Shown here one piece after another: positions 9,735-20,376 of a DNA stretch of 64,000 nucleotides. The stretch is from NCBI GenBank assembly GCA_965214835.1, contig CBDCCK010000002.1:2912001-2976000 (forward strand), read 5' to 3'. The notes below the pieces were generated by a model. The model was given only the letters and a program-made list of their open reading frames with translations, had not been told where the DNA came from and did not search any database. Both the position numbers and the translations under genes were made by a program. The stretch comes from Nitrosopumilaceae archaeon. Lineage in GTDB: Archaea > Thermoproteota > Nitrososphaeria > Nitrososphaerales > Nitrosopumilaceae. Numbering within the stretch: position 1 is the first letter of the stretch; every line of letters begins with the position of its first letter.

Positions 9735-9956
9735 CTAGCTCACCAAGTCGACGTGTATCGTGCAAGCTGTCGTCGGGCCGGACTGGACACTGTTCTGGAC
9801 TGGATCGTCAAACCTGTCATGTGTGTCATACCATACAAAATACGAAGATTCGTCAGCCCATTGAATGTTAGGAATCAGTGTATTGCCACTGCTGCTGGAC
9901 ATGGTAATGAAGACATCATAGTTTGCATGTGACGGCATGAATTGTGTATTAATCAT
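9735..9956 (-). CDS. Hypothetical ORF, in frame with the UBA ORF across one TAG
   Basis: Stop at 9735-9737 lies 30 nt upstream of the ATG at 9704, in the same frame. Confidence 0.4.
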   Translation of the reverse strand: MINTQFMPSHANYDVFITMSSSSGNTLIPNIQWADESSYFVWYDTHDRFDDPVQNSVQSGPTTACTIHVDLVS

Positions 9957-9999
9957 CAGTTTTGTTGATGTGGATGAAGGTAAAAGTATACCTATGACG

Positions 10000-10375
10000 G
10001 GTTCTGTGTAATCCTAGTGATATAAACGTGAAATCACGATCTTCTCTAGGTTGGAATTTGTACCTAAACATAGCTCTTAGTGAAGCATTTTGAATGATCG
10101 TCTTCCACTTGTTTGTACCGTCCATGTTTATCAGGGCCGATTCTGCCGAGGTCTGGCCGTCCAGTGCGCCGTGCTTTTTTGTGAAATTATAACATACCCC
10201 CACTCCATCAAGGATTGCAGCATGGATCTTTTTGAGGCCCCTGAATACATTCCCACGGTCTCTAGTCTCGCCGTTGAGCCCTCCATCTTGTTGTCCCGAT
10301 CTCTTTTTCCAGCTAGGCGGATGTGTTTTACGTGATTCGTATTCTTTCCAAATACCTCCCTTCCATGCATGCTTG
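10000..10375 (-). pseudogene. IS6-family 3' fragment
   Basis: GGTTCTGTGTAATC end; FRGLKK...YNFTKKHGAL...NKWKTIIQNAS; paralog of 35755-36200. Confidence 0.85.
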
Positions 10376-10560
10376 CGTTCCAAGTACAAGTGTATCGAGC
10401 TCACCAACAACGCTGGAGCGGGCGCTACGCCCCGCCGTGCTACACCGCAAGATAGACGGCAAGATCAGGGGCTGCCTGCTCTGGATGGACCGGTCTGGAT
10501 GGTTCGCGACATGCACGTCGACATGTAGGCCGCAGGGCAAGTCCATAATGGCAGAGGTGG
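10376..10560 (+). pseudogene. IS66-like transposase C-terminal fragment
   Basis: ELTNNAGA / ERALRPAVLHRKIDGKIR resembles the IS66 TnpC TNN.AER.LR..V..RK motif. Confidence 0.55.
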
Positions 10561-10579
10561 CCAAGATAGTACAAGCATA

Positions 10580-13400
10580 ATACCTTATGCGTAAACGAAA
10601 TTAGCGGTGGTACCCCCGACACCCATGCTACAAAGAGAGGGTGCAGCAGTGACGGCGCACACACATGACGGTGCCTTGCAATGTTCAAAATATTTGATCA
10701 AAACCACAATTATTTTCAGACGATTGATTTAGATCTGGGATCCATTCTCGCACAAAAGTGATGGAAGTCCGAGACCGAGCTGATACGGAGGCTGAGGGAG
10801 GAAAAGGCGCAAGACAGGAAGAAGAAGATACGGGGCGGGAAGAAGATCAGAGAGTACGAGAGGGAGAAGACTCAAGACGGGAAGAGGATCAGCGAGTACG
10901 AGAAAAGACACGAGCAGGATCAGGATGAGATGAGGCAGATGACGGCCTTCGCAAGATGTGGCCCGCATCCTGGGAGGACGACAGGCGCTCCATACACAGT
11001 GCAGCGTTCCTGCACAGGTACGAGGCGCTTGAGGACATAATCAGCGGCGGGTCCCTGCAGGCCGCCACGTCGATGGACCTGCCACCAGTTTGACCATATA
11101 TCCGATTTGTTTACAAAGCTTGCCAAAAAGCATCGAGTGCCCCCTGTTTTCCGAGGACGATGACGACGGGCCCGGAAACCGGTGCAGGCTGTCCTACCGC
11201 CACGCCCTCCTGCTTGGCCTGATGCGCAAGTGCAGAAACCTGATCCAAGAGCAGCTGGCAGTATTCTTTGGCATGAACCAGAGCACGGTATGCAGGTACC
11301 TCAAGTTTTCTGATACCATATTTGCCGAGATACTGCCCACGCCGGATGCCATATCATGCAGGATACGAAACGTCCGTACGACAGAGGAGCTCAAGGCGAT
11401 CGTCCCGGATCTGACGGTAATCATAGACGGCACGCACACGGACATACAGCGCCCCTCAGACAAGGAGCCGAGAAAAAAGGCATACTCGGGCGAGAAGAGC
11501 TTTACGCGCAACACGCAGGTGATGAGGCAACAAGGACGGACTGACGGCATACAAGCGCATCGGCGCCCGGAAGCACGCACGACCTCCACATGATACGGGA
11601 CAATCCGCTGGATCTGGGAATACTGACTGCCAAGATGCGCAGCAACAGGGGCACCCGGAGGACGAGAAGGTAAAGCTGCTCACGGATTTGGGATGCCTAG
11701 GAATCGAAAAATTGTACCCGGGAACCACGTCCCAGCAGGCCCCACAAAAAGCCAAAGGGGGCAAGCTTACAAGGAGGCAGCGCGCGCAAAACAGGAGGAC
11801 AAGCAGCAAGAGGGCCATAGTCGAGCACGCCATAGGGCGCATCAGACAGTACAAGCGTGATCTGGACCCCGTATTTTCGAACCACTTTTTGGGCGTTTTT
11901 GCGTAGTTCTGGCATCATTTGCCTGCCTCCCTTTGGTGCCGTACGATGAACTCCATCGGAGTGAGATAGCCAAGCGAGGAGTGTATTCTGTCATCCGTGA
12001 AACGACTAGTCCCTAAAGGCCTCCTTTATGACTATGTGGCCTTGATGCTTCCGTGAAACGTTGGCCGTTTTGTTCCGGCGTCCTGTATGCTATGAGCTCG
12101 TGCCTTATTCCCAGCCGTTTTAGGGACTCCCTGAACATGCGCGACGTATACTGCGGATCGTTGTCTGTCCGCAGGGTAAGCATGCTGCAGTCCGGATCTG
12201 CTGCCGATACCGCATCGAGTACGGCCTGAACCGCATTCTCCTTTTGCGCCGTGGTATCAAAGGAGTATGCAAGCCATCTGCGCGAAAAGGCATCAAGTAC
12301 GTTGAAGCAGTAGCACCAGCCGTCCCCGCTGCCGCAGTCCACGTATGTGATGTCTGCCTGCCACAGCCGGTTGGGGGCATCTGGCTTTGTAAGCTTGCGC
12401 GAGGCCCGTATTATGTCGTTTTTGGTCTTTTTGGGCTCGATCCAGCCTATCTGGCGGTAGATTCGCTGTATCTTTTTGCGGTTTACGCGCACGCCAGTCT
12501 CGCGCAATATCTGGTTTGCCATCCTCCGGGTTCCGTACGTTGGCCTTGTTTTGCCTATGGCACGTGTGATTGAGACCGTCCTAGAGTCGGCTTTTCTGGT
12601 TCGTCTGTCGGCGTCCTTCCTGGCGTAATACCAGGTGCCCTTTGAGACGCCGCAGTATTTCAGGGCCGTGTTGAGGCTCATCTTCTGGTGGCAGATCTGT
12701 ACGGCATTCATCCTTTGCTCAGCTCCATTGTTTTTTTTAAAGCGTCACAGGCCACTGCATACTCGCCTATGATGCGTTTGAGATTCTGGTTCTCCTTTTG
12801 CAGGGCAGCCGCTGCCTTGTCATTCCGGCCCAGGATGGATGCCTTGCCGCCCTCGACGAACCTGTCCATCCATCTGCCAAATGTGGTGGGCGCGATGTTG
12901 TGCTTGCGGCACAGCTCGGCAGTGCTGATGCTGGTCTTGATGGACTCCATCACTATGTCTGTCTTTTCGGCCAATGTGAACTTTTGTTTTTTCATGCCCC
13001 GTATGCCCTCCTGTCATATACAAATTCTACGCATTTGGGTGGTTCGAATTTTATGGGATCCTCACCAAGCGGATGTGCGACCCGTACGACGGGACTGCCC
13101 GAGGAGCTTGACCGGGAGTTCCAGGTGACGGCCGGGCTTGCCAACCTTAGGCTGCTGTGGGACAAGCGGAACAAGAAGCTCAGGCTTGGGTTCTGATACT
13201 GCGATACGGAGCGCATTGCGGCGCCACACGATGCCGCACCATGCTGCAGTTTTCGTCAGCCAGACGTGTTCATAACTGCGCGGTATGATGTCCCTGGTGG
13301 CCCAATGCATGTCATGTGGCGCTGCCTGCCTTGCATGCACGGCCAAAGTAATGTCGGAGTTTTTTGATCCCGGCGATCCGGTCGATTACGCATAAGGTCT
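10580..13400 (+). mobile_element. Second ISL2/IS1031-like IS5 element, degraded and interrupted by IS3
   Basis: TIRs ATACCTTATGCGTAAACGA / CGATTACGCATAAGGTCT and TSD ATA; fragments paralogous to 3657-5417. Confidence 0.85.
11858..13067 (-). mobile_element. IS3-family element (orfA 12708-12995, orfB 12013-12711, 3' end damaged)
   Basis: TG...CA termini and 4-bp TSD AGCG. OrfA has an HTH (ELCRKHNIAPTTFGRW); OrfB has YGTRRM, WQADITY, LDAFSR, RTDN, PEQNG. Confidence 0.9.
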
Positions 13401-13519
13401 ATAGGCTGCCTCATACTTTTGCCATGTCACTCATGACACTGCGTCTTGGCTTGATGAGTGCTTGACGTGTCAGGAAATCATCAAGCCCGCATGATGATAT
13501 GCGAGGACGCCTCTCCACG

Positions 13520-14548
13520 TTATCTTGTGATGATTATCTTCATCGCATTGTCGCCGGCCCTGGCATGATCAAAGGCCTTTTGGGAGTCGGCGATTGGGTA
13601 GGTGTGAGTGACCAGCCTGCTGACGTCGACTTGGGACGACGAGATCAGCTCCAAGGCGGCCCTTGTATCTGCATCGGATGCGGCATAGCTTGTGAGCAGG
13701 GAGATTTCCTTTGCATAGATCTTGCTCATGTCGATTTCCATCACGGCGCCCCCGGAGGGGACCCCGAACATCATGACAGAGCCGCCGCTGCGAACCAGGT
13801 CAATTGCGTCCTCTAACGCCTGCAGGCTGCTGGTGGCGACAACTGCCACGTCCACGCCGCGGTTTTCGGTATGCTCCATGATCCTCGGTTTTCTGCTCTG
13901 ATCAGATGGGTGAAGGGACTCGGTTACTCCGAGTCTCCTTGCAAAGTCAAGGCGAAAGTCGTTTACGTCAAGGCATAAGATTTTTGAGAATTTCTTTGCC
14001 TGTGCCAGCATCACGTGCATCATTCCGGTCGGGCCCACGCCAAAAACTGCAATCGAGTCGTTTTTCCGATATGGGATTTTGGTCCAGGCACGTACGCAGC
14101 AGGCAAGGGGCTCCACCATGGCTGCCTCCTCAAAGCTCATTTTGTCAGGCAGCTTCAGCACCCCCCCGTGGGATACGTTCCACTCTGGTACCACATACTG
14201 CTCAGACAGGCCGCATGGAGAAAGATTCGTCTCTGAATACTTTGGGCAGACCGTCTCGTCTCCGTGCCTGCACAGGTGGCACGAATAGCAGGGGACGTGG
14301 TGGTGCGTAAAGACCCTGTCTCCAGCCTGGAGGCCGGCTACCCCATCCCCAACCGCAATGACGGTGCCCGCAGGCTCGTGTCCCAGGCGCATCGACGGTT
14401 TCCCATACCTTCCAAACACCTTTTCCAGGTCAGATCCGCAAATCCCGCATGCCTCCATTCGAACCAGGATCTCCCCAGATGAGACCCGGGGATCATCGGT
14501 TTCAGAGACGGCAACGACGGAGGGCTCACTTACAGAGGCAGTCTTCAT
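13520..14548 (-). CDS. Zinc-dependent alcohol/threonine dehydrogenase (MDR family)
   Basis: CGICGSD, GHE, structural Zn motif C..CHLC...C, GVGPTG NAD-binding motif. Confidence 0.92.
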   Translation of the reverse strand: MKTASVSEPSVVAVSETDDPRVSSGEILVRMEACGICGSDLEKVFGRYGKPSMRLGHEPAGTVIAVGDGVAGLQAGDRVFTHHHVPCYSCHLCRHGDETVCPKYSETNLSPCGLSEQYVVPEWNVSHGGVLKLPDKMSFEEAAMVEPLACCVRAWTKIPYRKNDSIAVFGVGPTGMMHVMLAQAKKFSKILCLDVNDFRLDFARRLGVTESLHPSDQSRKPRIMEHTENRGVDVAVVATSSLQALEDAIDLVRSGGSVMMFGVPSGGAVMEIDMSKIYAKEISLLTSYAASDADTRAALELISSSQVDVSRLVTHTYPIADSQKAFDHARAGDNAMKIIITR

Positions 14549-14585
14549 TGCTCAGATATGCGGCAATGGGTATAAGTAGATTAAA

Positions 14586-14879
14586 CTAGACGCCCAGAAT
14601 CTTCTTGAGCATGACCCTATAGTCAACCTCAGATTTTGCACTGCCTGCTGCAGGCAATGCAAAGACGAGGGCCGATTTTTGCGCCCGAAGTGCGGTCAGC
14701 TCGTCGGTTATCGGCTCTGCAATGTCGTCACTGACCAGCACCAGTCCGATATCGGCATCATCGGCAAGCTCCCTGATTTTGCCTAGTGCCTGCTCAGAGC
14801 TTGTAGATACGACGCCGGGTACCCCGGCCAGCTGAAAGCTTGCCACAAACGACTTGCTTCCCACGGTACAGATCTTCAT
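14586..14879 (-). CDS. atpF: A/V-type ATP synthase subunit F
   Basis: MKICTVGSKSFVASFQLAGVPG...DIGLVLVSDDIA...KKILGV; start trimmed from the ORF-track call. Confidence 0.88.
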   Translation of the reverse strand: MKICTVGSKSFVASFQLAGVPGVVSTSSEQALGKIRELADDADIGLVLVSDDIAEPITDELTALRAQKSALVFALPAAGSAKSEVDYRVMLKKILGV

Positions 14880-15239
14880 ATGGCTTGATGAGAAAAAGTT
14901 GTAATTTAATCCTTTACAGAAAATCAGCCAAGGCGTGCCACAAGCCAGATGCCGGGCCGGGCCGAACCGCCACCGATCTGCATGCATTCCCGGGACTTTG
15001 GCCAGCCAGTGCACGCCTTGCTTGGAAACGAATCCATCCCTGCAGGATGTATCCGGTTCGGCGGTGGCATGCGGATCTGCAGGCGATCCAGACCGAACCG
15101 TCTCGGGCTCGGGGCCGTCCTATGGGAAGCTTTTGGAGACGGAAAAAGCCACGTTCCTTTTCTGGCCAAGCGTGAAAACCACAGTTGTACGTGGATCTGT
15201 GCCTGATTGTTTGGCAGGTGGCCTCATATGAGACGTAGA

Positions 15240-15410
15240 CTATTTTCTACGAAACAGTCCGGACAGCCTTTCTACTACATTGTCCAGCGGGCATGACTCG
15301 CAGTGGGCCCCAGAGTACCGATCCATGTGTCTTTCGTATTTTTTTCTAGAGTCAAAGACTGTGTCGCATTTTTCGCAGTAGATCTTGGTTACGTCCTGTC
15401 GATCTTCCAT
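15240..15410 (-). CDS. Small zinc-finger protein (56 aa, missing from ORF track)
   Basis: MEDRQDVTKIYCEKCDTVFDSRKKYERHMDRYSGAHCESCPLD...; TTTATA box on the minus strand at ~15434-15439. Confidence 0.7.
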   Translation of the reverse strand: MEDRQDVTKIYCEKCDTVFDSRKKYERHMDRYSGAHCESCPLDNVVERLSGLFRRK

Positions 15411-15462
15411 GGTTGATAGGCCCTGCTATCACATATAAAGATCCTGCCGGAGATGCCACCTG

Positions 15463-16593
15463 TGTATTGTACGAAAATTAAGTCGCACTAATTTGAGGAG
15501 GGTTGCAAAGGATTGCTTTAGGCTTTACCGATCAAGAAAACCGATGGTTGCAAGGCCCAGCGCACGACAGATCAGATACGCAGTAACGCAGTGTGCTAGG
15601 GGACGAAGGCCTTCGGAGATGGCCCAAGAGATAGGCGTCACAAAAAGGCATGTCCAGCGGATGTACGCCCAATTCAAGAAGACAGGAGGTACACACCATG
15701 TGCCTCTCAAGCCGGGAAGAAAAAGGAGTGCACCGGTTCCCGACGGGAGATTCATGGCTGGCCAGTGATGAAAGATGTCCTCACAGCCGGGAAGAAAAAG
15801 GAGCGCATCGGTTCCCGACGGGGCCGTGCGCGCCGTCTTGGAGGAGCACAAGCACAGTGCAGCAGGCGTGGTTCATACGGCCAGGAGGCTGCGAAGGCAA
15901 CACGATATAATCTATTACGAGGTATACAGGATAACGAGGGGGCACGGGCTGGTGACGCCGTCGCCTGCAAAGTCACAACCTAGAAAATACGTCCGCTTTG
16001 AGCGCAAGTACTCCAACGCCATGTGGCATGTGGACTGGCACGCCATGAAGGATCCGCGCTTTGCGGGACTCAACCTAGTCACGTTCCTGGACGACTCGTC
16101 TAGGTGCGTGACCGGTGCGGGCCTGTTCAAGGAGGCCACCTCGGAGAACGTCGTGGTGGTTCTGCGGCAGGCCACAGCCCAGTTCGGCGCGCCTGCCACA
16201 ATCCTCTCAGACAACGGCAAGTGCTTTGTAGGGGCGCGCTCGAGCTCGAAGAAGAGCCCGCCCAAAGGCGGGTGGAGGCCCACTGCATTTGAGGAGGAGC
16301 TACTCGACTGCGGAATCGAGATGATAAACTCCAAGCCGTATCACCCGCAGACCAACGGCAAGCTGGAGCTCTTCCACCGGAGCATCGAGGAGGAGATGTG
16401 GAACCACGAGAGCCTGTCTGCATATATCGGCTACTATAATGATGACAGGCTGCACTGGTCGCTGGATATAGACAACTATGAGACGCCGCTGCGGGCATTC
16501 TGTGACAGAAAGGCCACAGAAGCGATCAGGAAAAGCAACCCAAAACGGATGGAGGATGCCGGTGATGGTGCGACATAATTTTCGTATAATACA
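15463..16593 (+). mobile_element. IS481-family element, transposase broken by an internal duplication
   Basis: TIR TGTATTGTACGAAAATTA / TAATTTTCGTATAATACA; ORFs 15544-15768 and 15775-16578 (WHVDW, LDDSSR, SDNG, PQTNGKLE). Confidence 0.88.
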
Positions 16594-16841
16594 AATTTCC
16601 ACATGAAACATGAAACATAAAAAAAATAAAAATCATAAGCTGTATACTTACAATCTATGGAACTATAAGCAGTGTTTCATTAGTGTTCTCTTTACCACCA
16701 CTTGTAGGCGCAATAAATCAAACAAACATGCTTGGAAGTATGGTATCTATTGCCTACGCAGTTGCTACCACATTTGTACCTCTCATCATCGGGTTGTTTT
16801 TAATTAAAAAGCATAAAGTACACGTTAGCTTGCTGCGGGGC

Positions 16842-17000
16842 TGAACACGCGATAAAAACACCCCCACCGTAGCTGGGGTGATGGATCAACCCCTTGCGCG
16901 GCAAGCGCTCAGCGCATTCCGGGCCGAATAGGGATATCCGATCTGCTGTGTTCCTGTGCTTGGTGCACCGATGGATGACCGCAGCTTCTGATCCGTCGAA
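16842..17000 (+). ncRNA. IS110 left end / bridge-RNA-like copy A (no recombinase)
   Basis: Homologous to the reverse complement of 39625-39781; both loops present with distinct target-loop sequences. Confidence 0.72.
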
Positions 17001-17002
17001 GC

Positions 17003-17210
17003 GGGGTTGCCGCCTAATTCATCAGAATTCCTGAAAACCAGGATATGTCGTCTGGGTTAGACGTGCAAAAGACTTTATGCGTAATCGACCTGAATGAGAT
17101 GAATTTGTTCGTAATGGTCCTAATCTGAACCGATTATGCAAAGTCTAAAGGGAGTGGAGGCTCAAAAGCGTGCAGATTGAGTCAGGCAAAGGGAGTTAGG
17201 CGACAATCCC
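17003..17210. mobile_element. MITE of the GGGGTTG(C/T)CGCCTAA family with a nested smaller MITE
   Basis: Ends and interior resemble 7679-7812. Nested 17070-17146 has AGACTTTATGCGTAATCG / CGATTATGCAAAGTCT ends and AAA flanks. Confidence 0.8.
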
Positions 17211-17940
17211 GCCGGCACGTGCAGGACGGCCGTGTACAACGGGTTCAGGGCAGCTCGGTGTTCACGTAGCCCGACGCCGAACAGATTAGTGAGAATCGGA
17301 TCGGATCAAAATTCCCGAGCATGGATGAGACGCCATTTTCGGTGGCAGGCAGCAGATCCTCGCATTCCCGGGTTGCAGTCGGCGACGGCTGCGTGCACTT
17401 TACGGCGGCAGGGACGTGTGCGGGCACAGTACCCGACGAGTTCTATCCGTGCTTCCTAGTGCCGTTGACCTGCGACGGGTACAAGCCGTGCCGTAGGTAT
17501 GAGAACATACAAGGGTGCTGGATGCACTTGCTACGCGAGGCTGGGATGCACGTATCCAAAGGGCGCGCCGAAAGGTCGCGCTGCAAGCAACTGCAGCTCA
17601 TACTCCACGAGGCCAGGCACATGTCCCCTGATCACTACTGCGCCGGGATTATACCGCGCGTAAAGGCAATAGCGGCGTGGCACACCAGGGGGCACAGTTA
17701 CGACGGCAGGCTTGCGGCTGCTGCCCCGCACATGATCACCGTTGCCAGGCATCCGGGCAAGGAGTCCACCAGCAACAGGGCAGGGGGCGCTGTGCAGGAT
17801 AGTCATGCAGGAGGCATACGGTTCTGGCTTTGCACCCCCACCGGCACGAGGATGCTCAGAACAATAATGACGTGCATCTGGACATGGCGCATGCGCGGGC
17901 CGGATGTGCCGGCCGCGCTAGTCGAGGCGCTTACGGCATC
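17211..17940 (+). pseudogene. Degraded IS66-like transposase
   Basis: MDETPF, CDGY, QGCWMHLLRE, STSNRA, TIMTCIWTWRMRG. Confidence 0.75.
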
Positions 17941-18148
17941 CAAGGATTCGTGCCTGTTTCCCGCCCCGGTTCCCCATGTTCAACCTAGCCGATTACGCAC
18001 GATATGCCAAGATTATGCTGCAGTTTTTGGTGTGCCCGCTGCGGTCAGCCGAGTCTCAGGCAGGGGACGGATCAAGGCCCGAGTCAGTTTAGGCACTAGT
18101 GTGTTAGTTTAGCACTAGTTTATATAACATGAAGGCAAAACTACCATA

Positions 18149-19039
18149 ATGAGAACATACATCGCAATCGCAGCAGTGTTGGTAATGCTGCCTGTTGCCC
18201 AAGTGGCAGGTGCAGGATCGGTACCATCATGGTTTAAGGATAACGCGGATGCGTGGTCGCAGGATATCATAAGCCAGGACGTGTTTATTCAAGGCATTCA
18301 GTACCTGATCACCGAGCAGGTAATCGAGATACCTCCAACCGAGGCCGCAGGGCAGGCATCAACGAGCGTGCCGGGCTGGTTTAAGGAGACATCCCAGGCG
18401 TGGGCACTAGGAATTATTGACGAGGCAGAATTTCTCGGTGCCATACAGTACCTGGTGACAAACGGGATAATCACGCTAGGAGTACCGGCTGACAGTCACG
18501 GGCAGGCAGCGAGCAGCGGTTCAGAGATAGAGTCGCTATACGGGGAGCTTGAGGCATGCGCAGAAATATCCAAGGCATACAAGAGGCTAGACTGTGAAAA
18601 GGCAGCAGAGGAGGCAATCACGGTCTATGAGTACAAGAGAGACGCGCAGCCGATACAGGTGGGCCCAATAAGCTACTACTGGAAGGGAATTGGCTCGGAG
18701 GGCAACTCGCTTGAGACCAGCGAGTCAGGACAGGCGTTGCTGAACATCAGAATGCTTGCAGAGAATACAAGCTCCGACAGGGTGGCGCTAAACTGCACCA
18801 GCCCCCAGATTTGCAGCTATGATATCACAGACGGCAGTACCGAGTTCAAGTATTCTGCGACGGACTTTACCAGCGGGCAGATCGTGCTCAACCCAGGCGG
18901 GGTTGCCGAGTTTAACATGCTCTTTGGCCCAAACATAGGATATGGCGGCACACAGTTTGTCTACGACCCTGCAAGAGACTACCACTTTAGGATATCTGAG
19001 GGATTCGGAGGAGCGCAGGTTCCACTAGACCTCAGCTAG
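18149..19039 (+). CDS. Secreted protein with two thaumarchaeal 'VPxWxK..A.xW' domains
   Basis: Signal peptide; VPSWFKDNADAW...FIQGIQYLI and VPGWFKETSQAW...FLGAIQYLV. Confidence 0.85.
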   Translation: MRTYIAIAAVLVMLPVAQVAGAGSVPSWFKDNADAWSQDIISQDVFIQGIQYLITEQVIEIPPTEAAGQASTSVPGWFKETSQAWALGIIDEAEFLGAIQYLVTNGIITLGVPADSHGQAASSGSEIESLYGELEACAEISKAYKRLDCEKAAEEAITVYEYKRDAQPIQVGPISYYWKGIGSEGNSLETSESGQALLNIRMLAENTSSDRVALNCTSPQICSYDITDGSTEFKYSATDFTSGQIVLNPGGVAEFNMLFGPNIGYGGTQFVYDPARDYHFRISEGFGGAQVPLDLS

Positions 19040-19083
19040 TCCCTTTTTTATGGTGAACAAGATGATGACGAGGGTGCAACGGG

Positions 19084-19287
19084 GTGGAGACGGTGGGAAG
19101 GACCTGTAAGGGGATTTGCCGGACGTTAAAGGCCGAACCGATGCCCAACCGGCTGCGGTACGGGATGGGCCACAAGAGGTGTACGTTTTGCGGTCTGTAC
19201 TTTAGCATTGCAGATCCCAGATGCCCCTGCTGCAAGGCAGTGCTCAGAACAAGGCCAAGAGGCAGGAAGGGGCAATGGCATACATAA
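19084..19287 (+). CDS. Small Cys-rich zinc-binding protein
   Basis: CKGIC...KRCTFC...RCPCCKAVLRTRPR. Confidence 0.75.
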   Translation: METVGRTCKGICRTLKAEPMPNRLRYGMGHKRCTFCGLYFSIADPRCPCCKAVLRTRPRGRKGQWHT

Positions 19288-20138
19288 GATCAAAGTCTGT
19301 CAAGGGGGATAGGTACCTCTATCTTGTCAGGAGCATCTGGGATCCAAAAAAGAGCACCTCGCGGCAGGAGATCATAAAGTACCTCGGAAAGGCATCAGAG
19401 GTAAGGCCTGATGACATTCCAACAGACTACAGGCACGACCCAAAGATCGAGGCGTTTCTTGCGACAGGTACCGGAAGGGGGATTGTCGAAAACGAAAAGG
19501 CCGTGGCAAAGCTGCAAGACAGCACGTTCAAGGCGCTGACGGCAGGAGACCTAGACCGGGTAACCGGTATCTACGAGGCGTACTGCAAGGCCTCAAGCAT
19601 GTTGAGCTTTTATGACAATATTCTAAGGCCGACAATGTACAGGATTGGGAGGATGTGGGCGCAAAACAGGCTGAGCATAGCAGACGAGCATGTCGCAAGC
19701 AACATTGCCTCGGAGCTAATCAGCGTCATAAGCGAGAAGGGCTCCAGGCCCGAGAACAAGGCAAGGGTGCTCATTTGCTCCCCAAACGGGGAGGAGCACA
19801 ACTTGGGATGCGGTGTCCTGCAGTCATTCCTGCAAAGCAGGGGATACAGGGTGTTTAACCTGTCACCGTCAGCACCGTCAGAGGCCATAACGCACTTTGT
19901 AAGAGAGTCAAATCCGGACATTGTCTTGATTTCAATTACAACCAAGGACAGCATCAGGACGGGCCAGAGGCTGGTCAGGAGGATACAGGGGGAGAGGGAC
20001 ATTCCAATACTTGTCGGCGGACAGGCATTGGAGAACTCCAGCGCCAGGTTCGGCTGCAGGACTATTGTAAATCAGCCATTGGACAGGATCCTAAAGTCAA
20101 TCAGAGAGGAGCTAAAACGGTTCTATTTGGAATCATGA
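19275..20138 (+). CDS. Cobalamin (B12)-binding domain protein
   Basis: IGRMW...IADEHVAS cap domain, GEEHNLG motif, ILVGG; start at MAYIRSK. Confidence 0.85.
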   Translation: MAYIRSKSVKGDRYLYLVRSIWDPKKSTSRQEIIKYLGKASEVRPDDIPTDYRHDPKIEAFLATGTGRGIVENEKAVAKLQDSTFKALTAGDLDRVTGIYEAYCKASSMLSFYDNILRPTMYRIGRMWAQNRLSIADEHVASNIASELISVISEKGSRPENKARVLICSPNGEEHNLGCGVLQSFLQSRGYRVFNLSPSAPSEAITHFVRESNPDIVLISITTKDSIRTGQRLVRRIQGERDIPILVGGQALENSSARFGCRTIVNQPLDRILKSIREELKRFYLES

Positions 20139-20376
20139 GTTCAAAAACAGAAGTACGTCTGCCCGGCCAGACAGGCCTTGTCAAATTTTGCCGTAAGATC
20201 CCCCATCGTAGATATGGAGATAAGCCGGCAGTTGTGACTCTTAAAATCGCCAATCATGGCTCCTTCGGCCCAGTTGACGCTCCGGTGGAAGGTCGGATTG
20301 TTCAACAGATTGATGGAAAAGTCAGGCAGCCTGCACGGCTTTTGATTATGGGGCGCTTTTCAGGCTTGCAGTGATC

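Noticed and set aside
9735-9737. Pyrrolysine read-through of the TAG
   Set aside because: No pyl genes in the window and not known for this lineage; a nonsense mutation is simpler.
14930-15230. Possible DNA methyltransferase remnant on the minus strand
   Set aside because: Only vague resemblance; no DPPY or DPFxGSG motif could be recovered.
16610-16807. AT-rich 65-aa ORF
   Set aside because: Low-complexity region between IS ends; the opposite strand has multiple stops, so likely decayed sequence.
20135-20374. 79-aa ORF between the B12-binding gene and ychF
   Set aside because: No motif on either strand; cannot be supported as a gene.
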